A stretch of DNA of 22,635 nucleotides, taken from positions 1 to 22,635 of the forward strand of contig CBDBBI010000002.1 of NCBI GenBank assembly GCA_965202625.1, written 5' to 3'. The notes beneath the pieces are model-generated. The model made no database searches. It worked only from the letters and a program-made list of their open reading frames with translations, and was not told where the DNA came from. Positions 16,296-22,635 of this stretch are shown here, one piece after another. How positions within the stretch are numbered: the stretch's first letter is position 1; each line of letters opens with the position of its first letter. This DNA comes from a bacterium. Its GTDB lineage: Bacteria > UBA8248. The position numbers were made by a program, and so were the translations under genes.

Positions 16296-17318
16296 ATGAT
16301 CATACATGCAGAAACACTGAAGAAGCTGCGCAAGGCGAGGGGGCTCAGCCAGGAGATGCTGGCGGACGTGTCGGGCGTCTCCAAGAAAACCATCGCCAGA
16401 ATAGAGACGGGAAAGGGGGGCGAGACGCGCGGAGGCACCGCCAAGGAGCTCGCCAAGGCCCTGGGCGTCAAGATCGAAGGCCTGGCCAAGGAGTTTGAAG
16501 ACGAAGATAACGACAACGAGCAAGACGTCTCTCGGCGAATGCGCGGCTGGACGTTCTATCACCCCAGGATTCCCCTCAGTGGCAAAACCCTGCTCGACTA
16601 TGGCCTGGTGAGGGAGCATTACCGCGTGGACGCGCTGTCGCTCATTCGTGCGGCGCCGCTGCTCTTCACCCTTCTGGCGGAGATGAGCCTCGCCGACCGC
16701 CGCCGCCGGGCCGATGAAGTGGAAGCAGCTTTGAAAGAAAAACCAGAACACCTGGGGTTCGCGGCGGAGGCCGATCTCGATTCCGAGTTCACCTCCATCT
16801 CCTTGCGGGATATTTTCGCTGGTCGGGTACGGGACGATGATGCCGCTCGAAACGAAGAGTATTTTGACGAAGAGGAGCGCAACCCTTTCTCCGATTTTTT
16901 GGGACGGCTGGCGAAGGAATTGGGGCCCCAAAACGACGCGATTGCCCCTGAGAATATCCATTTCGATGCGGACAGGGGCGGATTCCACCACCGGTTCTCT
17001 CTTTTCAAGAAATTCCGGGAAAAACTCACGGGCGGTTCCTCTCGCGCCTCCTGTGCCCTTGATAGCGGATATGCGCGCATCAGGGATATTCCCAGAGAGC
17101 TCATGCCCGGGTGGACAGCAGACGAGAAGAAAGACAAAGACGAGGCCGCCGCCGCCGCGCGCGTGAAGTGGCTGGAGGAGCGCATTCCGGACGAGGACTG
17201 GGAGGAATGGGAGGAGGAGGAATCTAAACTTGCAATCGCAATTCGTGAATTTGAAATCGAAGAAGAAAAAGATACGACCAATGACTCGCCAAACGAGGGA
17301 GGAAGCGAGAATGCGTAA
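16296..17318 (+). CDS. Xre-family HTH protein with large unknown C-terminal domain and acidic tail
   Basis: LKKLRKARGLSQEMLADVSGVSKKTIARIETG...LAKALGV; GGAGG RBS; tail EDWEEWEEEES...EIEEEKD. Confidence 0.9.
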   Translation: MIIHAETLKKLRKARGLSQEMLADVSGVSKKTIARIETGKGGETRGGTAKELAKALGVKIEGLAKEFEDEDNDNEQDVSRRMRGWTFYHPRIPLSGKTLLDYGLVREHYRVDALSLIRAAPLLFTLLAEMSLADRRRRADEVEAALKEKPEHLGFAAEADLDSEFTSISLRDIFAGRVRDDDAARNEEYFDEEERNPFSDFLGRLAKELGPQNDAIAPENIHFDADRGGFHHRFSLFKKFREKLTGGSSRASCALDSGYARIRDIPRELMPGWTADEKKDKDEAAAAARVKWLEERIPDEDWEEWEEEESKLAIAIREFEIEEEKDTTNDSPNEGGSENA

Positions 17319-17646
17319 ATTCCACCTGAACGTGACCAAACACGCCGAGGCGCGCATGAGCCAGCGAGGGGTGCGAAATAAAGACGTCGCGTTGGTCTAT
17401 CAACACGGGACGCAGATCGGCCCCTCCGAGTGGTTCATGAAACGCTCTGACGCTGCGCGTGAAATCCGGCAGCTGGAGGGCGACTTGGGGAGCGGGAACC
17501 AGCGCGCTCTGAAGCGTAAGGTGCAGCGGCTTGAGCGTCTGAGGAAGGGTCTCCAGGTCGTCGTTCAAGGCGACGCTATGCGCACCTGTTATTGGCCAAG
17601 CACCGCGCGTCAGCGTCGCGTGCGCCGCAGGGGGAGGAATACCTGA
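17311..17646 (+). CDS. DUF4258-like small basic protein, copy 1 (putative toxin)
   Basis: TKHAEARMSQRGV...DV..V..HG motif and VVVQGDAMRTCY end; start overlaps the Xre stop. Confidence 0.75.
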   Translation: MRKFHLNVTKHAEARMSQRGVRNKDVALVYQHGTQIGPSEWFMKRSDAAREIRQLEGDLGSGNQRALKRKVQRLERLRKGLQVVVQGDAMRTCYWPSTARQRRVRRRGRNT

Positions 17647-18257
17647 TGTCTCCATTCCACACCATTGAAATTGATTTTGGCGTCCACAAAGCGATTGAGG
17701 CTCGACAAAATTTTGCCGAGTCGCCGAATGATGTCTTGCGTCGTCTTTTGAGAATTGAAGATCGCGGTAGAGAGGCGCTGTCGGGCAAAGGCTTGACAGG
17801 GCGGGGGCCTTCTGAAAATTCCACAATCAGGAGGAGGGCGAACGATAAGCGCCGACCTGCGGGGAGCGCAAGTAAAAGAAGAAAAAGGCGCGGTAAAAAA
17901 AAGGGCGGTGGATATGCGGGCGATGACGTAATTAGGGGCCAATTCCTGCATGTCCGCGCGAAACATCATTTCGTTGAAGAAATGCCTCCGAGGGATGGGC
18001 GATCGTGGTGGGGGGAAGGCCTGGAGTTGCCCCATGGAACGAAGTTGCGGATGGAATACCGCCGTCGCAAGTATACCGGCGTCATCCATAATGGGGATTG
18101 GCTGGTGGAGGGCAGAGTGTATAAAAGTCCGTCAGGCGCAGCCGGTGGCGTTGCCGTCACCAGGGATGGAGAGAAAACGAATCTTAACGGCTGGCGGTAT
18201 TGGAAAGTGAAGCGCCCTTCTGATGGAAGTTGGATTCCCATTGAAAAATTCCGCTAG
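17646..18257 (+). CDS. SeqA-N-terminal-like domain fused to a RAMA-like domain
   Basis: TIEIDFGVHKAIEARQNFAESPNDVLRRLL resembles the SeqA N-terminus; basic linker; C-terminal YKSPSGAAGGV...NGWRYW matches the RAMA/DUF4357-type pattern; TGATG coupling to the previous gene. Confidence 0.7.
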   Translation: MSPFHTIEIDFGVHKAIEARQNFAESPNDVLRRLLRIEDRGREALSGKGLTGRGPSENSTIRRRANDKRRPAGSASKRRKRRGKKKGGGYAGDDVIRGQFLHVRAKHHFVEEMPPRDGRSWWGEGLELPHGTKLRMEYRRRKYTGVIHNGDWLVEGRVYKSPSGAAGGVAVTRDGEKTNLNGWRYWKVKRPSDGSWIPIEKFR

Positions 18258-18967
18258 CCGGATGAGGATAAAAAAATTCTTGGAGATTCGTCCAACGAGG
18301 GAGGAATAGCGAATGTTGAAATTCCACCTGAACGTGACCGAACACGCCGAGACGCGCATGAGCCAGCGAGGGGTGCGAGCGGAAGACGTCAATTTGGTCT
18401 TGGATTACGGGACGCAGATCGGCCCCTCCGAGTGGTTCATGAAAGACTCCGACGCTGCGCGTGAAATGGAAGGACGCCCTCCTGAGAGGGATGAAAGATC
18501 GTGGTGGTACAAAGGCGTGGAGTTGCCCCATGGAACGAAGTTGCGGATGAAATACGGCCCTTGCGAGTATACCGGCGTCATCCATAATGGCCATTGGTTG
18601 GTGGAGGGCAGAGTGTATAAAAGTCCGTCAGGCGCAGCCGGTGGTGTTGCCGTCACCAAGAAGGGGCAGAAAATTCAGATTGATGGCTGGATTTATTGGG
18701 AAGTGAAGCGCCCTTTTGACCAAAGTTGGATTGTCATAAACAGATTGCGCTAGCCGGATGAGGATAAAAAAGTTCTTGGTAATTCGCCAAACTAGGGAGG
18801 AAGCGAGAATGCGTAAATTCCACCTGAACGTGACCGAACACGCCGAGACGCGCATGAGCCAGCGAGGGGTGCGAGAGGAGGACGTCAAGTTGGTCTTGGA
18901 TTACGGGACGCAGATCGGCCCCTCCGAGTGGTTCATGAAAGACTCCGACGTTGCGCGTGAAATGGAA
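17991..18967 (+). repeat. Near-tandem duplication, 496-bp period (17991-18471 and 18487-18967)
   Basis: Stops 18257/18753 and starts 18313/18809 are each 496 bp apart; long identical blocks such as gtggagggcagagtgtataaaagtccgtcaggcgcagccggtgg. Confidence 0.9.
18313..18753 (+). CDS. Chimeric protein: DUF4258-like N-terminal half fused to RAMA-like domain
   Basis: First about 53 aa nearly identical to 18809-19177; last about 88 aa paralogous to the C-terminus of 17646-18257; intact frame; GGAGG RBS. Confidence 0.8.
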   Translation: MLKFHLNVTEHAETRMSQRGVRAEDVNLVLDYGTQIGPSEWFMKDSDAAREMEGRPPERDERSWWYKGVELPHGTKLRMKYGPCEYTGVIHNGHWLVEGRVYKSPSGAAGGVAVTKKGQKIQIDGWIYWEVKRPFDQSWIVINRLR

Positions 18968-19177
18968 AACATAAAGCGCGTGTTCCAGCAGCTGGAGGGC
19001 GACTTGGGGAGCGGGAAGCAGCTATTGGAACGCGCCCTGAAACGTAAAGCCCAACGGCTTGAGCGTCTGAGGGGTCTCCAGGTCGTCGTTGAAGGGGATG
19101 ATATGATCACCTGCCTTCGACCAAGCGAGGCGCATCTGCGTCGCGTGCGCCGGGCGGGAAGGAGGCACCGCAGATGA
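18809..19177 (+). CDS. DUF4258-like small basic protein, copy 3
   Basis: TEHAETRMSQRGV motif; full-length paralogue of 17311-17646 with small in-frame indels; GGGAGG RBS. Confidence 0.78.
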   Translation: MRKFHLNVTEHAETRMSQRGVREEDVKLVLDYGTQIGPSEWFMKDSDVAREMENIKRVFQQLEGDLGSGKQLLERALKRKAQRLERLRGLQVVVEGDDMITCLRPSEAHLRRVRRAGRRHRR

Positions 19178-19277
19178 GCGGCGAGGCAAACCCGTTTGAG
19201 GAGCTCTGTCGCCGCGAGTGAAGGGATGGACGCATCCCGACGTCGGGAGCGGCGAGGATGCCGAGGCGCCCGCGCCC

Positions 19278-19364
19278 GCCCTCCTCCGCATAGCGGCGGC
19301 AGATGGCCGCACCAATTCCCTGCGAGCCGCCGGTGACGACAGCGACTTTCTCCTTCAGCCTCAT
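19278..19364 (-). pseudogene. Truncated 5' fragment of the SDR gene
   Basis: MRLKEKVAVVTGGSQGIGAAICRRYAEEG is identical in protein to the start of 15215-15958, then homology stops. Confidence 0.9.
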
Positions 19365-19446
19365 GGGCGTCTCCTCCCCTCCGGGCGTTCGGGCTTTTCC
19401 GATAAGCGAAAATTCTCCCGCCTGATGAAGTGTGCCGCACATGATA
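19279..19446 (-). repeat. Direct repeat 3, copy B
   Basis: Offset 3406 bp from copy A; begins just after the stop codon of the AT-rich gene at 19452. Confidence 0.95.
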
Positions 19447-19451
19447 CCCCT

Positions 19452-19835
19452 TTATTCATATCCATAGAAATAATCTCCATCCTTGTCTTTTTCAATGTAG
19501 AAATTGATCATGGAATTCCCACTACGACTCCATTTTGCATTTGCAGTGCAATTTAAAATTCTACCCCCGCTTCGATATTTATTTTCTTGAATGTCATATA
19601 ATTTTACAATCCTACCATGTTTATCATAGGGTCGAGTTTGATTTTCTTTGGATAATTTAATGATTCGAGGACCTAAGTCTTCACAAGTTGATTTTTCTGA
19701 AATGGGCATTTGAAACAGGTCGTCTATTTCTTCAAAGTTGCTAAAAATGAAGCATAAAAATACAGCGAATGCTATCCCCATTATAAATTTGAAAATTTTG
19801 TTTTCTCCTTTTAGGAATAAAAATATACGTGGCAT
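19452..19835 (-). CDS. AT-rich hypothetical membrane-anchored or exported protein
   Basis: Open frame in low-GC DNA; hydrophobic IMGIAFAVFLCFIFS segment then a small Cys-containing domain. Start uncertain (19865 GTG, 19835 ATG or later). Confidence 0.65.
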   Translation of the reverse strand: MPRIFLFLKGENKIFKFIMGIAFAVFLCFIFSNFEEIDDLFQMPISEKSTCEDLGPRIIKLSKENQTRPYDKHGRIVKLYDIQENKYRSGGRILNCTANAKWSRSGNSMINFYIEKDKDGDYFYGYE

Positions 19836-19861
19836 TTTGACCCATACAATCGGGTCGAATC

Positions 19862-19969
19862 CCACTTAACCTGTGGGTTCTTGGATAGGTTCCCGCGTAT
19901 TCTCACAAGAATTGCGATGTTGTATTTCGCGGGCGACCCGACTAACAGGTCAACCCACAGTTGAAGTGG
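19862..19969 (-). other. 108-nt imperfect inverted repeat, candidate structured RNA leader or DNA hairpin
   Basis: Nested arms on the minus strand: CCACTT/AAGTGG, CTGTGGGTT/AACCCACAG, GGGT/ACCT, CCCGCG/CGCGGG, TCGCAA/TTGTGA. Confidence 0.6.
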
Positions 19970-20314
19970 TGAGGAATATCTTTTTTGTCATGTTGGGTTT
20001 TGTCAAGCGAAACATGAATCGGGAGTGCGCATCAGCGTCGGGAGCGGCGAGAGCACCGACGCCCGCGCCGCCAGCACGCGCGAGGATCTGCTTTGCGCGA
20101 CTTTTGCAACGCCCTTGCATGGCCGTTTCACGTGCCGTTTAGGCACCCCAAAAGGCTTTTTTTAGGCGGTTCGCAATGACTTTTGTCCGGCTATATGTAT
20201 GGGGGGTTCTTCTGTGCACCTTGGAGGCAATGACGACGGCGGGGAGGGTGCGGGACGGCGAGGGGAGAGGACGTTCCCGATTCCGGCGCAACCGCTCCCT
20301 CGGGCGGGTTGGAC

Positions 20315-22117
20315 TTATCCTCCGCGCAGCTCTGCGCGCCGCCGCGCGGTTTTCTCCTCGTCCACCTCGCCGCGCCCATCGATGGCGACGCCATAGACGG
20401 CATACGCCCGCTCTTTTGTGATCCACCGCTCCTCCACGTCCTCGCGCACCTTCTCGACGGGACGCTCGCCCGGCGGGCCGTAGCCGCCCCCGCCCGTGCA
20501 GTAGGAGGCCACGTTCTCTCCGGGCTTGAGAACGACGTCCGCACAGGCGGGCAAATCCTCCAGGCGTCCGTCCGCGCGCATGAGGTAGTTTCTGCATACC
20601 GCCCCGTTCATGCCGCCGCGCGTTCCCTGGGAGGCGTTTATCGCCCCGTCCGACACGTAGAGGACTTCCAGGTCCCCTCCGCCCACGGGGCCGTATTCGC
20701 AATAGCCCGAAGGGGCACCCGTCGTCCGGCCCGCCCCCTCGGTGTCGGGGACGAGCCTTCTGGTCTTGACGTAGATGGGGAAGTGGAGCTCGTCCAGCTC
20801 GATGCTGTCCACGAAGCACATGCCGGCGTTTCCCGCGTGCAGGATGGTGAGCCAGGCGTCGGTCTTCCCCGCCCCCGCCCCTCCGGTGACCATCAGGAAC
20901 AGGTGGTTCACGAAGGGTTCGTCGCCGTTTCTGGGGTCGAAGCCCGATATGACGCCCATCGAGGCGGGGAATATCGGCCCGCACTCCGCCAGCCCGATGC
21001 CGTCCTGTATCATCGAGAAGGCACGCTGGACGGGGTTCGTCACGCGGTCGGCGAGGTTGGTGGTGGCGACCGACATGGAGGTGGGGTGCCTGCCCCCGCC
21101 GGCGACGGAGCCCTCTCGAATGAGGACGCGGATGCGGCGGAAGCTGCCCGCGTTCGTGGGCACGACGTCGTCGATGCTGTTGAACACGCCGATCATCGCT
21201 CCGGTGCGCGCACACGCCTCGCTCAGGTTCAGCCCGCAGGGCATGGCGTCGGGGTTGTCCCGCAGGTCCACCTCGATGGCGGCGCGCGCGCTGTCCACCC
21301 GCACGTGGGCGGTGATGGGAATGCCCTCCTCCGGCGTGCCCGGCACGGGGTCGTGCGTGCTGTGGGCGGTGGCCTGGCCGGTGGGGAGCTTCCGAATGGC
21401 GGAGATCATGCGCTTCTCGCTGTAGTCGAACCACTCCTCCGTGAAGGTGTGCAGCGTCTCCCAGCCGTATTCCTCGCCCATGGCGAGTACCTCGCGCTCG
21501 CCGATGCGCGCAGCACCTATCATCGCCAGATAGTCGCCGTACCATTGCTCGGGCACGCGAATGCGCATCCGGCAGAGGCGGATGAAATCCTGGTTGTCCT
21601 CGTAGTTCTCCTGGACCTTGGTGGGCGGGAATATGAGCGCACCCTCCTCATACACGTCGCGCGCACCGCCCATGTAGGTGGTGGGCTGGCTGCATCCGCA
21701 ATCCGCCTGATGGGCCTTGACCCACACGGTGAACCGGTGCGTTCCCTGCCCGTCGATGACGGGGACGAGGATGGTGTGATCCGCCGGGTGCGAGCAGCCG
21801 TGATAGGGCGAGTTGTGGAGATACGCGTCGCCCCGCTTGAGGTCGGGGTGCAGGTCCATCATCGAGCGGGCCATCAGGTCCGCCCCGCTCAGGTGGTGGA
21901 TGGGCAGGGATTCCGCACCCGTGAGCAGTGCGCACTCGCGCGTCACCACCGAGGTGGAGAAATCGCGCGCGAGGTTCAGAACGCCCGAGCGGCCCGTGCG
22001 CAGCAGGGTGTTCGCCATCTTCGCCGTCACGGCGTCGAAGCGCTTGTGCAGCACGGCCAGGGTGACCGGGTCGAACCCGCCTCTTTTTCCGGAGCGTCTC
22101 GTCTTCCCTCTCGCCAT
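20315..22117 (-). CDS. Hydantoinase B / oxoprolinase family protein
   Basis: DPVTLAVL, RTGRSGVLNLARDFST, NSPYHGCSHPAD, KAHQADCG, GAGRTTGAPSG, TGGGGYGPP; AGGAG RBS before ATG 22117. Confidence 0.92.
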   Translation of the reverse strand: MARGKTRRSGKRGGFDPVTLAVLHKRFDAVTAKMANTLLRTGRSGVLNLARDFSTSVVTRECALLTGAESLPIHHLSGADLMARSMMDLHPDLKRGDAYLHNSPYHGCSHPADHTILVPVIDGQGTHRFTVWVKAHQADCGCSQPTTYMGGARDVYEEGALIFPPTKVQENYEDNQDFIRLCRMRIRVPEQWYGDYLAMIGAARIGEREVLAMGEEYGWETLHTFTEEWFDYSEKRMISAIRKLPTGQATAHSTHDPVPGTPEEGIPITAHVRVDSARAAIEVDLRDNPDAMPCGLNLSEACARTGAMIGVFNSIDDVVPTNAGSFRRIRVLIREGSVAGGGRHPTSMSVATTNLADRVTNPVQRAFSMIQDGIGLAECGPIFPASMGVISGFDPRNGDEPFVNHLFLMVTGGAGAGKTDAWLTILHAGNAGMCFVDSIELDELHFPIYVKTRRLVPDTEGAGRTTGAPSGYCEYGPVGGGDLEVLYVSDGAINASQGTRGGMNGAVCRNYLMRADGRLEDLPACADVVLKPGENVASYCTGGGGYGPPGERPVEKVREDVEERWITKERAYAVYGVAIDGRGEVDEEKTARRRAELRGG

Positions 22118-22128
22118 GTCGCTGACTC

Positions 22129-22635
22129 CTAGAGCGTGATGCGGAGGCTTCCGCTTCTCGTTCGCGCGGCGTGCGCCCCCGGATCGATCACCACCGTCGT
22201 GAAGGGAGATTCCACGACGGCGGGCCCGCACAGGGCGGCGTCGGGCTGCATCGCGTCAAACGCGGCGACGCGGGCGTTCACGAGTCCTTTTCCCTCAAAC
22301 CACGCCTTGCGTCTTTTGGGAAGCGCGGCTTCGCGGACGGTTCCGCGGGCGAGCCTGCCGAGGCGGCCCTTCCGCAGCCTGCACCGCGCCACGGCGCGCC
22401 AGCCGACGAACTCCACCTCGGAGGAGGGGTCGCGGAACGCGAAAACCTCCTCGTGTGCCTCGTCGAACGCCGCGCGCACCTCGCGCACGTCCTTTTTCGA
22501 GCGGAAGCGATGGCCCGGCAGGCGCAGGTCGATCTCCCATATCTGGTGTTTGTAGCGCGCCTCGACGTAATACTCGACCGCACTCTCCGCCGCCCCCTTG
22601 CCGGGCCCCCGGATGAAGGCGCGGCAGCGCTCCCC
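22129..22635 (-). CDS. Hydantoinase A / oxoprolinase family protein, C-terminal part (5'-partial)
   Basis: Frame open to the right edge: EARYKHQIWEI, FDEAHEEVFAF, GPAVVESPFTTVVIDPG. Confidence 0.88.
   Translation of the reverse strand, partial: GERCRAFIRGPGKGAAESAVEYYVEARYKHQIWEIDLRLPGHRFRSKKDVREVRAAFDEAHEEVFAFRDPSSEVEFVGWRAVARCRLRKGRLGRLARGTVREAALPKRRKAWFEGKGLVNARVAAFDAMQPDAALCGPAVVESPFTTVVIDPGAHAARTRSGSLRITL

Noticed and set aside
17991-18967. Diversity-generating retroelement template/variable repeat pair
   Set aside because: Differences are not confined to adenines of one copy, both copies are coding, and there is no reverse transcriptase in the window.
19174-19278. Additional gene after DUF4258 copy 3 (MSGEANPFEELCRRE*)
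   Set aside because: ATGA overlap is present but the ORF has only 15 codons; possibly a truncated remnant, not supportable as a gene.
19862-19969. Bona fide integron attC site or cassette array
   Set aside because: Core motifs match on only one side per strand, the unpaired spacer and L-box pattern is not evident, and there is no second site or intI. Kept only as an unexplained hairpin.
1-22635. CRISPR array, tRNA/rRNA genes, IS elements or integrases
   Set aside because: No regularly spaced short repeats, cloverleaf or rRNA-like sequence, terminal inverted repeats or recombinase motifs were seen by eye.

Overview
High-GC bacterial chromosomal segment. A housekeeping/metabolic backbone (SAM methyltransferase, rimO, a radical SAM enzyme, a DinB/maleylpyruvate-isomerase-like gene, a GrdB/PrdB-like selenoprotein with in-frame UGA and SECIS hairpin, csaA, class IV aminotransferase, SDR, hydantoinase/oxoprolinase B and partial A) is interrupted by accessory cassettes. 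Bases 1-7240 look like a defence island: partial Type IIG restriction-modification gene, hicA/hicB, a frameshifted His-rich gene plus DUF1828-like gene, an ABC-type ATPase plus TOPRIM-like (DUF3226-like) pair, and a hypothetical gene. Bases 16130-19280 hold an Xre regulator followed by an internally duplicated, rapidly diverging array of DUF4258-like genes, a SeqA-N-terminus/RAMA-like gene and a chimera of the two. Most notable: (i) this array; (ii) each cassette is bracketed by a diverged direct repeat of the neighbouring gene end or promoter, with no integrase or transposase in the window; (iii) the hidden selenoprotein; (iv) a candidate -1 ribosomal frameshift. Family names come from motif recognition by eye, not database searches, and mismatch counts are manual.
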